From an archaeon (GTDB lineage Archaea > Nanobdellota > Nanobdellia > Woesearchaeales > GW2011-AR15), in NCBI GenBank assembly GCA_043826135.1, contig JBDRQT010000005.1, forward strand, positions 70,255 through 134,254: a stretch of 64,000 nucleotides of DNA, given 5' to 3'. Both the position numbers and the translations under genes were made by a program. Under the pieces are notes generated by a model. The model was not told where the DNA came from, did no database searches, and saw only the letters and a program-made list of their open reading frames with translations. Shown in pieces: positions 53,740 through 61,985 of this stretch (within the stretch, counting starts at the first letter, position 1; each line of letters begins with the position of its first letter).

Positions 53740-54638
53740 GAAAATCCCAAATCAGTTTTGAATTTATTATCATCTTTGCCTTAATTTTTTTTGCTCTTAT
53801 TGGATTTGTCTATATCATCAATGAGAGGCTGTCTGAGCTTGCAGAGGAAAAAGAGTATATTGTTATGAAGAGCCTTGCTAATTCCATCATAAATGAGGTT
53901 GTGCTTGCAGCATCAGTGAGCAATAATTATATGCGAAAATTCGAGATCCCGACAAGGATAGAAGGGGAAAAATATAATATTAGTATAATTGAAAATGAAC
54001 TGGACATCAGGCTTCTTGAAGAAGGAAAATTAAGAAAACAATATTATGCAACATTACCTCTTCCTGTGAAAGGGACATTCATAAATCAGATCAATTCCAG
54101 CAATACAACACATTGCATCACAAAAAATGATTATGATGGAGTTAGGATATCATGGAACCAGGCAAGCATTGATTCAAGTTCAGAAATAGTTTCTCCTGGA
54201 GATAGATTTGAAGTGTTCCTTGCTCTTCATTGTGTTGAGAATGTCCTAAGTATAGGTTTCACAATAAATTATGAACAGGAAAAATTAAAAGTGATTGATT
54301 CAGTGCCAGTTATCAGATCCCAGGAATTCAAGGATAAGAATCCTGTTTTCCCTGATTTTGCATTGGAATATACTTATCCAGAAGGTTCTGAGTTTGTTGA
54401 TCAGACAATAGGACGATATTCTTATGGGGTGCTTGGGAAAAGATGCGTTCCCGCAAATGGCAATTTCGCCAGAATCACATTCGAAGTGCTTGGCAGTGCG
54501 CCGGCTGGAGAAACAACAATTAGTTTTGATGATTCTTTCGAGGATAATATAAGGATTCTCGATTGCCACACCAACAGCCTTACAAAAGAAGCACTTCCGC
54601 ATTCGAAAAAGGATGCAATAATCCAGATTACAAGTTAA
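53736..54638 (+). CDS. Pilin-like protein 5 (DUF361-type class III signal) with a cohesin-like C-terminal domain
   Basis: ATGA overlap with the previous gene. MRKSQISFEFIIIFALIFFALIGFVYII. C-terminus SIGFTINYEQEKLKVIDSV...ANGNFARITFEVLGSAPAGETTISFDDS follows the cohesin-domain pattern. Confidence 0.6.
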   Translation: MRKSQISFEFIIIFALIFFALIGFVYIINERLSELAEEKEYIVMKSLANSIINEVVLAASVSNNYMRKFEIPTRIEGEKYNISIIENELDIRLLEEGKLRKQYYATLPLPVKGTFINQINSSNTTHCITKNDYDGVRISWNQASIDSSSEIVSPGDRFEVFLALHCVENVLSIGFTINYEQEKLKVIDSVPVIRSQEFKDKNPVFPDFALEYTYPEGSEFVDQTIGRYSYGVLGKRCVPANGNFARITFEVLGSAPAGETTISFDDSFEDNIRILDCHTNSLTKEALPHSKKDAIIQITS

Positions 54639-54718
54639 ATTACCTAGGAAATATTTATATACATGATTAATTGAGTTCTATGATATTACGATTTTGATTC
54701 AGATAAAGAGGTGATTAG

Positions 54719-55522
54719 ATGTTAATATTCGGAATAAATCTGCCACTGCCGGAGCTATTTTTAGTTCTGGTATTAGTTTTCTTATTTTTTCTTGTGATGA
54801 TACTGATGCAGCTTCAGAAGCTTTCGAAGATGACAGTAGAAGAGCAGAAAGACTTAGAAGAGTTAGAGCGCATGGAGCATGATCAGATGAGTGACATTGA
54901 AGAGATCAAGCGATTTGAGGAGAAGGAAGCAGGGAACCTGCTTGAGTTCCAGACAGGGATAGCGGACCTTGAGGAGGATACAGACACGATATATCTGAAG
55001 AGGCTAGCACCTGACCTATACAAGATACAGAACTACACATTATGGGCGCTGTCAAAGAACATGGCACCCTCTCAGATAAATCAGAATCTTTTGTCCAGGG
55101 GCTGGAAAGACAACAAGATGATAGCGATGATAATAGAGGACACGCTGAAATACACAGGACACATTAAGAAAGGCGATATTGACCAGAAAGAGCCAGTAGC
55201 ATCTCCGGAGGAATCGCAGGGCGCAGGTGGCTTATCCAAGAATAAGTCAATCCAGGTGGTGGAGACGACTCACATAATCAAGCCTGTTAGAGTAGTGACG
55301 ATGAAAGAGACTACCAGAAGAAGGAAGTCGAAAAAGAAGCCAAAGAAATCAACAAAGAAGGCAAGAGTCAAGAAATCAAAAGATGATTTCAGGAGCATAG
55401 AAAAAGAGCTCAGCAAGCTTGAAAAAGACCTGAAGAAGCCAGGCAAAAAATCCAAATCAGCTAAAAAGCCCAAAGCTGCGCCTTCCAAAAAGAAACAAAA
55501 AGCAAAAAAAAATAAAACTTAA
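54719..55522 (+). CDS. Membrane-anchored protein with an acidic coiled-coil region and an extremely Lys-rich tail (hypothetical)
   Basis: AGAGGTGAT SD lies upstream of the ATG at 54719. TM LFLVLVLVFLFFLVMILM. The tail is RRRKSKKKPKKSTKKARVKKSK...KKPKAAPSKKKQKAKKNKT. Confidence 0.55.
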   Translation: MLIFGINLPLPELFLVLVLVFLFFLVMILMQLQKLSKMTVEEQKDLEELERMEHDQMSDIEEIKRFEEKEAGNLLEFQTGIADLEEDTDTIYLKRLAPDLYKIQNYTLWALSKNMAPSQINQNLLSRGWKDNKMIAMIIEDTLKYTGHIKKGDIDQKEPVASPEESQGAGGLSKNKSIQVVETTHIIKPVRVVTMKETTRRRKSKKKPKKSTKKARVKKSKDDFRSIEKELSKLEKDLKKPGKKSKSAKKPKAAPSKKKQKAKKNKT

Positions 55523-55540
55523 TTTTTTTTTATCTTTTCT

Positions 55541-56104
55541 CTAAATCATTATTGTAGCAATCATGCCTGAAAATGTGAAAATAAGGAACATATTAAATGC
55601 AAAATGCGTGACAAAAAATATTATTATCTTATCTGGCGAACTTCCCAGTAAATTGTAAAATATTACTGAAATAATCTCAAATGCTAATGTCAGAACAACT
55701 AGACTAAGGGTCAAAGGAAATCTATTGAATAAACCCGATGCCAAAATTATTGCAGTGATGCCGATCATAGATACTAAGGAAGTATGGCTCAGCCTTGTTC
55801 CAAGCACATCTGCAATTATTAGTCCTGCAAATCCCACAAGGAAAGATAGAAGTATATTGTTGTATACAAGAGAGATCATCAGTGTAAGAAAGCAAATAAA
55901 ATCAATCCCTATGGTGCTTTTGAAATACCTGTGATAAATCTTAGATATTCCGCTCAGGAAGATGAATAATATCGATACAATAATGGATTTCAGATAGCTG
56001 GAATAGATCATAACTACGAACAACACAACTAGTCCGGAAAGTATTGCTTTGTTGTTTTGCTTCAGCATCAAAAAAAAGTTTTGCAGTATTTTTTTAATGT
56101 TCAT
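55541..56104 (-). CDS. Hypothetical multi-pass membrane protein
   Basis: 187-aa ORF with ~6 hydrophobic helices and a 4-nt overlap with the upstream EamA gene. No motif was recognised, and no prepilin-peptidase Asp motifs were seen. Confidence 0.45.
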   Translation of the reverse strand: MNIKKILQNFFLMLKQNNKAILSGLVVLFVVMIYSSYLKSIIVSILFIFLSGISKIYHRYFKSTIGIDFICFLTLMISLVYNNILLSFLVGFAGLIIADVLGTRLSHTSLVSMIGITAIILASGLFNRFPLTLSLVVLTLAFEIISVIFYNLLGSSPDKIIIFFVTHFAFNMFLIFTFSGMIATIMI

Positions 56105-56952
56105 TTTACTTCAGATATTATCATCGCAGCAACTATCAGAAGTCCTCCTAATGCTCTTAGCATTATAAATTCTTCTTTTCCCAGAGTCCACGCAAAAACA
56201 GCTGCGAAAACAGGCTCCATTGTGAAAATCAGTGCCACTTTGATTGGGCTAGTGAATTTTTGAGCGACTAGTTGAATCGCAAAAGCAGAGAGCGATGGGA
56301 AAAGTGCGAGGAAGATTATGATTCCGACTGTTCCAGATGATTGGACAGAAAAGGGTAGCCCAAATAATATAGCAGAAGCGAAGCTTAAAAGTCCCATCGT
56401 AAAGAACTGCTGGAAACTGAGAACTAGGGGATGGCAATTTTTTACATATTTATCAGCCAGCAGAATATGGATTGCATATGTGAGAGCAGCGATGAGTGTT
56501 AGCATATCTCCGAAATTAATATCATAAAGACCGCCTGTCAAAAGCCAGAGGCCGGTAATTGCAATGAAAACTGATATTATTTTGTGTTTGGTCGGTCTGA
56601 TCTTGAAAAAAAGCCCGATAAATGGTACAAAAACGACAAATAATCCAGTAATGAACCCTGAATTTGATGCAGTCGTAAATTTTAAGCCAATGGTCTGAGA
56701 TGCATAAAGAAGCCAGAGCACAAAGCCAAGGATGAAACCTTGCTTCCACTTATCAAATAGATTATGTTTCTTTGCAGCCAGGTAAACACCCAGAATAATT
56801 GCAGCGAGCATGAATCTATAACCTACAAGTACAATAGGATCGATGCTATCAAGTGAGTTTTTTACGATAAAAAAGGTTGATCCCCAGATTGCTGCTGAAT
56901 ATAATAGTCCGAGATCAGCTATCGCTGTCTTATGTTTCTTGAAAAACTTCAT
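56101..56952 (-). CDS. EamA/DMT-family transporter
   Basis: 10-TM pattern in two halves with an EamA-like repeat (LLYSAAIWGSTFFIVK...; LIAALTYAIHILLADK...). Confidence 0.7.
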   Translation of the reverse strand: MKFFKKHKTAIADLGLLYSAAIWGSTFFIVKNSLDSIDPIVLVGYRFMLAAIILGVYLAAKKHNLFDKWKQGFILGFVLWLLYASQTIGLKFTTASNSGFITGLFVVFVPFIGLFFKIRPTKHKIISVFIAITGLWLLTGGLYDINFGDMLTLIAALTYAIHILLADKYVKNCHPLVLSFQQFFTMGLLSFASAILFGLPFSVQSSGTVGIIIFLALFPSLSAFAIQLVAQKFTSPIKVALIFTMEPVFAAVFAWTLGKEEFIMLRALGGLLIVAAMIISEVK

Positions 56953-57064
56953 TTGCTTTGGGAATGCCTGGTAAGTATTATAGTTTTCTCAAATAGTTTT
57001 TCAAATCAAATGGTCAAAGAGCACATTCACAAAATTTATATAGCACCATGGGCCAATTTTATAT

Positions 57065-59281
57065 ATGGCAAATTTCAAACCCGGTAACTGGCAAAAAACA
57101 ATCGATGTAAGAGATTTTGTATACAATAATATTACTCCTTATGCAGGAGATTCATCATTCCTTTCTGGTCCGACAGGCAGGACAAAAAAAGTTTGGGACA
57201 GATGTAAAGATCTTATGCAGAAGGAAATGGAGAATCATGGAGTTTTGGATATTGATACTGAAACTATTCCTGCAGTGAATAGCTACAAGCCGGGCTATAT
57301 TGATAAAGAAAGCGAACTGATTGTCGGTGTTCAGACTGACGCACCACTCAAAAGGGGAATTAAGCCATATGGAGGAATAAGGGTTGTCGAAAAAGCATGC
57401 GAAGAGTATGGCAGAAAAGTAGCTCCTCGAGTCGTTGATATCTTTACGAATTACAGGAAGACCCATAATGACGGTGTTTTCGATGCATATACAGAAGAGA
57501 TAAGGGTGATGAGGCGCAGTGGGATAATAACAGGCCTTCCAGATAACTATGCAAGAGGAAGAGTAATAGGAGATTACAGGAGAGTTGCATTATATGGGAT
57601 AGACAAGTTATTATCTGAAAAGGAAAAAGATAAGGACGCTCTTGTAGGTGAGATGACTGAAGATCTTATCAGACTAAGGGAAGAGATCAGTGAGCAGATA
57701 AAAGCGCTTGGCCAAATGAAAGAGATGGCAGCATCTTATGGATATGATATCTCAAAGCCAGCACAAAATGCCAGAGAAGCAATCCAATGGACTTATTTCG
57801 GATATTTATCAGCTATAAAAGAGCAGGACGGAGCAGCGATGAGTCTTGGAAATGTCAACACCTTTTTTGATGTGTTCATAGAAAAAGATATTGAGGAAGG
57901 AAAACTAACTGAGGAAGGCGCACAGGAATTGATAGATGATTTCGTCATGAAACTTAGGCTTGTCAGGCATCTTAGGATGGATGAATATAACCAGTTATTC
58001 GCAGGTGATCCAACATGGGTTACTGAATCTATTGCAGGATGCTGGAAAGATGGAAAGCATAAAGTCACAAAGACAGCATTCAGGCTCCTCAATACCCTTT
58101 ATAATCTTGGCCCTGCGCCTGAGCCTAACCTAACAGTTCTTTGGAGCAAAAAGCTTCCGATAAATTTCAGGAAATTTGCAGCGCAGGTCTCGCTTGATAC
58201 CTCATCGATACAATATGAGAATGATGATCTTATGAGAAAGACATGGAAGCATGATGATTATGGTATTGCATGCTGCGTCTCATACCTGAAGATGGGAAAA
58301 GGCATGCAGTTCTTCGGTGCCAGATGCAATCTTGCAAAAGCGTTGCTTCTGGCGATCAATATGGGAAAAGATGAAATAACAGGTGATTTGATTGTAGAAG
58401 GCATTGAGCCATATTTTGACGAGCCACTAAATTATGATGAAGTCACAAAAAGATTCAAGAAAACACTTACTGCTCTTGCAAAGGCATATGTGAACACTAT
58501 GAACATAATACATTACATGCATGATAAATATTATTATGAGAAAGCAGAGCTTGCTCTTATGGATACAAATGTTGAAAGGACAATGGCATTCGGCATTGCT
58601 GGCCTGTCTGTTGTTGCAGATTCTTTATCAGCAATTAAGTATGCAAAAGTGAAACCTATCAGGAATCAATACGGTATAACCCAGGATTTTGAAATTACAG
58701 GAGATTATCCAAAATTCGGGAATGATGATGAAAGAGTTGACATCATTGCTGAAGATCTCATGTCTGATTTCTGGAAAGAGCTCTCAAAAAATAAGATTTA
58801 CAGGAATGCTAAGCCAACAGTATCAATTCTTACAATCACTTCAAATGTTGTGTATGGCCATAAGACAGGTTCAACTCCTGACGGAAGAAAAGCAGGAGAG
58901 CCGTTTGCGCCGGGCGCAAATCCTATGCACGGAAGAGATAGCCACGGGGCAGTCGCATCACTAAATTCAGTTGCAAAACTTCCATATAAATACGGGATGG
59001 ACGGAATATCAAACACATTCTCGATAGTCCCGTCAGCACTTGGCTTGGAGCATGAGAGAAATGATAATCTTGTTGCACTTCTGGACGGTTATTTCATGAA
59101 AAATGCTCATCATCTGAATGTAAATGTACTCAACAGAGAGACACTAGTAGATGCGATGAACCATCCAGAAAAATACCCACAACTTACTATCAGGGTATCA
59201 GGATATGCTGTAAACTTTGTTAAACTATCAAGGCAGCATCAGGAAGAAGTGATTATGAGGACGTTCCATCAGCAGATGTGA
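57065..59281 (+). CDS. pflB: Formate C-acetyltransferase (pyruvate formate-lyase, glycyl radical enzyme)
   Basis: Active-site Cys-Cys in [13 protein letters not shown] and glycyl radical motif [15 protein letters not shown] near the C-terminus. Length 738 aa. Confidence 0.92.
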   Translation: MANFKPGNWQKTIDVRDFVYNNITPYAGDSSFLSGPTGRTKKVWDRCKDLMQKEMENHGVLDIDTETIPAVNSYKPGYIDKESELIVGVQTDAPLKRGIKPYGGIRVVEKACEEYGRKVAPRVVDIFTNYRKTHNDGVFDAYTEEIRVMRRSGIITGLPDNYARGRVIGDYRRVALYGIDKLLSEKEKDKDALVGEMTEDLIRLREEISEQIKALGQMKEMAASYGYDISKPAQNAREAIQWTYFGYLSAIKEQDGAAMSLGNVNTFFDVFIEKDIEEGKLTEEGAQELIDDFVMKLRLVRHLRMDEYNQLFAGDPTWVTESIAGCWKDGKHKVTKTAFRLLNTLYNLGPAPEPNLTVLWSKKLPINFRKFAAQVSLDTSSIQYENDDLMRKTWKHDDYGIACCVSYLKMGKGMQFFGARCNLAKALLLAINMGKDEITGDLIVEGIEPYFDEPLNYDEVTKRFKKTLTALAKAYVNTMNIIHYMHDKYYYEKAELALMDTNVERTMAFGIAGLSVVADSLSAIKYAKVKPIRNQYGITQDFEITGDYPKFGNDDERVDIIAEDLMSDFWKELSKNKIYRNAKPTVSILTITSNVVYGHKTGSTPDGRKAGEPFAPGANPMHGRDSHGAVASLNSVAKLPYKYGMDGISNTFSIVPSALGLEHERNDNLVALLDGYFMKNAHHLNVNVLNRETLVDAMNHPEKYPQLTIRVSGYAVNFVKLSRQHQEEVIMRTFHQQM

Positions 59282-59383
59282 TTTTCTTTTTTATGATATA
59301 ATTTTTTACTACACAAGTCGCTATATTCTGATTTTACAAATTGATTCATGCGACCATACATTTTTTTCACAGAAACATAGACT

Positions 59384-59412
59384 GGGGTATTAGGGGTGTC
59401 CCCTAAATATAA
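59384..59412 (+). repeat. GC-rich palindromic element, copy C (between pflB and pflA)
   Basis: ggggtattaggggtgtcccctaaatataa has the same GGGGT-TTAGGGG-N3-CCCCTAA-TATA layout as copies A and B. Confidence 0.7.
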
Positions 59413-59499
59413 TAGTGTTGTTCAGGAAATATTAGTAGTATATACTCAATATCTCATGGAACCGCCACTTTTTTATACTACCCAAAAAACAAAATAAAT

Positions 59500-60222
59500 A
59501 TGCTCAGAGTCCATTCGATCGAAACACTTGGTACCCAGGAAGGTCCAGGCATAAGGCTACTTATCTTTCTGCAGGGATGCAATATAAGATGTTTGTATTG
59601 CCATAATCCGGATGCATTAATTATTGGTGAAGGTAAAGAATATTCAACTGACAAACTTGTCAATATGGCAATAAAACAAAAGCCATATTTCGGAAAAAAT
59701 GGTGGTGTGACAGCATCAGGCGGTGAGCCTCTTGTGCAAAGAGAAGGACTCACTGAACTCTTCATTGAACTTAAAAAAAATATGATAAAGACTGCAATAG
59801 AGACCAATGCAACAATTCTTGATGAGAAGACAAAGGAGCTTTTGTCATATACAGATATTCTGCTTCTTGATTTGAAGCATATTGATCAAGTTTGGATGAA
59901 AAGGTTGACGGGATTTGCATCTGATATGCCACTGAAGATGGCAGACTATCGGGAAAAAACAAAGAAAGAGTTTTGGCTCAGATATGTTTTAGTTCCGGGG
60001 TTCACGGATCAGGAAGAATTTTTAGAAAAGACTGCAAAGCATTTCAAGAAATACAAATACCTGAAACGTGTTGAGATACTGCCTTATCATACCCTAGGAA
60101 TAGAGAAATACCATAAGCTTGGATGGGAATATAAACTGAATGTCAAGCCGCCAACTGACGTTGAAAAAAACAAGGCAAAGAAGATTTTTGAGAAGTATCT
60201 GAAGAATGTTTTTGTTAGATGA
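59500..60222 (+). CDS. pflA: Pyruvate formate-lyase activating enzyme (radical SAM)
   Basis: FLQGCNIRCLYCHNPD CxxxCxxC motif, GGVTASGGEPL, and position downstream of pflB. Confidence 0.9.
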   Translation: MLRVHSIETLGTQEGPGIRLLIFLQGCNIRCLYCHNPDALIIGEGKEYSTDKLVNMAIKQKPYFGKNGGVTASGGEPLVQREGLTELFIELKKNMIKTAIETNATILDEKTKELLSYTDILLLDLKHIDQVWMKRLTGFASDMPLKMADYREKTKKEFWLRYVLVPGFTDQEEFLEKTAKHFKKYKYLKRVEILPYHTLGIEKYHKLGWEYKLNVKPPTDVEKNKAKKIFEKYLKNVFVR

Positions 60223-60239
60223 TTCTTTTTTAAAGAGGA

Positions 60240-60557
60240 TTATTTGAGCCTATCTAATACAGATGGTTTTACTGGAACGAAAACTTCACGACCAAACTGA
60301 GTAGCTGCATATTCTGACTTTGCAACATTACTTTTACCTGGAACACTTGCATCAGGACTAAAACTTTTTCTTAGGTATGCGTTGACATCTCCTCTAAACA
60401 ATAAATCAATAGGGGTGTATGGCATTGCATGCGGGTCAAAAAGTGCTCCTGAGTGATATGGTGCAACACTTCCAGCATAAGTCCTTCTCATAATATCTGG
60501 TGCAAGACTTACATTAGCATACATACTCCAAGGTTCATCTGCCATATATTGTTTCAA
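60240..60557 (-). CDS. Hypothetical protein (105 aa)
   Basis: ORF only; its composition differs from flanking AT-rich intergenic DNA. No motif was recognised. Confidence 0.35.
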   Translation of the reverse strand: MKQYMADEPWSMYANVSLAPDIMRRTYAGSVAPYHSGALFDPHAMPYTPIDLLFRGDVNAYLRKSFSPDASVPGKSNVAKSEYAATQFGREVFVPVKPSVLDRLK

Positions 60558-60657
60558 TTTGTTGTCATATTTATAAATGTTTCCTTTATGTCACTACTCT
60601 TAGAATACAACAAATGAATTTAGTAACCGCGATAAAAAATAAGACATGAGTTTTTCT

Positions 60658-60732
60658 GGAGCAGGCTGGGCGAGGGTAGGCTTCTACGGAGCGCCCAGCA
60701 GCACAAATCCTTAGATTTGGGCGTCTGCTGCC
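60658..60732. ncRNA. Candidate structured small RNA (GC-rich island in an AT-rich intergenic region); strand and class unknown
   Basis: Stem gctgggcg (60665-72) / cgcccagc (60692-99). Stem cagcag (60696-701) / ctgctg (60725-30) partly overlaps the first. Inner hairpin aaatc-ctta-gattt (60705-18). There is no ORF of 60 aa or more between 60557 and 60820. Confidence 0.35.
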
Positions 60733-60819
60733 AAAAGAAAAACTTAAAAAACCTGTCCAGATATTTATCGCACATACAAATTTATAGATAGTAGTTCATT
60801 TATGTAAGTGCAATAAGGT

Positions 60820-61848
60820 TTATTTTCTTTCCAGAACAAGAACTGAAAAATTCGCGGTCTCCTGGACAAATGGTGAAGATGTATCGTCTGTAAATACCGG
60901 ACAAAAATTCTTCCACGTAATATTGCTCCAATAAGGACTATGCCTCGAAATGTCTCTTTGAACCTGTGTGGTATAGGTTACGCTTTTGTTATATCTGACG
61001 TTAAACCAGGGTTTTGCAATTTCAGCAATTTTATCGTGTAAATATTGCCCTGCAAAAACAAATTGGTCTTCAATTACAAGATAGGCAGGAACAAATAAGC
61101 CCATATCGTGCATGAAGCTGCTGACACAAATATCTGTTTTTTTCATGAACCTTGAGTCTTTGAGCATAAGTTGCAAGATCAGATAGTTTAGAGGGATAAC
61201 ATCTTGCGTAAACATTATATTCTCTACGTCTGAATCATGTAATGCTTGAATTGCTTTTTCAAGGTTTAAAATCCCATCATATGCAGAGTTGGCTGCAATA
61301 GAAACTGGTTTCTGACCGGTTTGTTGCCTAACCCAGCCAACCATCTCTCCAATCTCATAAATATTTCCTTGTTTAACTTTCTTTCCAAGACCTTCTTGAG
61401 TAAGCATCTCAACAGCGTGAGAATTAATATCAAACATCCACCATCTTTGTTTTAACTCTTCGCTTAAATTATGATAGAAGTATCCTGTACCACATCCTGC
61501 TTCTAAAACAGTACCTTGTAAAAAATTTTGAACAAGCAGCTTATAAAGAGCCTGATTTGCAGTATCTACAGGTTTCCTGAGTTCGGGCAATCTGTGATTG
61601 TCGCTGTTTCGTTTTGAAGCAGTTATATCTAAAGTTGGTGCAATTAATTTGTTAAGTTTTCGCTGTAGGTCATGATTATCTATTTCAGTAACATACAAGT
61701 CCATTAAAGGCAGTTCCTCTTCGGCAAAATTGCCTATTTCACACCAAGGATAATTTGGCATTTTTTTGGAGAAGAATGATTTATATTTAAATTGTGCATA
61801 GGTTCTGTACCCCAAAGTGTTTTTTTCAGAATATTTATATATAAACAT
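60820..61848 (-). CDS. Class I SAM-dependent methyltransferase
   Basis: Motif I VLEAGCGTGYFYHNL and downstream acidic residue MFDIN. Length 342 aa. Confidence 0.65.
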   Translation of the reverse strand: MFIYKYSEKNTLGYRTYAQFKYKSFFSKKMPNYPWCEIGNFAEEELPLMDLYVTEIDNHDLQRKLNKLIAPTLDITASKRNSDNHRLPELRKPVDTANQALYKLLVQNFLQGTVLEAGCGTGYFYHNLSEELKQRWWMFDINSHAVEMLTQEGLGKKVKQGNIYEIGEMVGWVRQQTGQKPVSIAANSAYDGILNLEKAIQALHDSDVENIMFTQDVIPLNYLILQLMLKDSRFMKKTDICVSSFMHDMGLFVPAYLVIEDQFVFAGQYLHDKIAEIAKPWFNVRYNKSVTYTTQVQRDISRHSPYWSNITWKNFCPVFTDDTSSPFVQETANFSVLVLERK

Positions 61849-61985
61849 TACATACCTCTTTTCATGTATTCGCTCTACAAGACATTAGATGTTGTCGTTT
61901 GCTAGAGAAGGCTTTTTCTTCTTTGACATCAAAACTTTGCCAGGGAGAAAGCTTTTTACCAACATAAACAAACCAAGGTGCTAAA

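Noticed and set aside
55541-56104. Multi-pass membrane protein downstream of the pilin operon as the missing prepilin peptidase
   Set aside because: No A24-type catalytic Asp motifs (e.g. GxGDxK) could be found in the sequence, so it is left as hypothetical.
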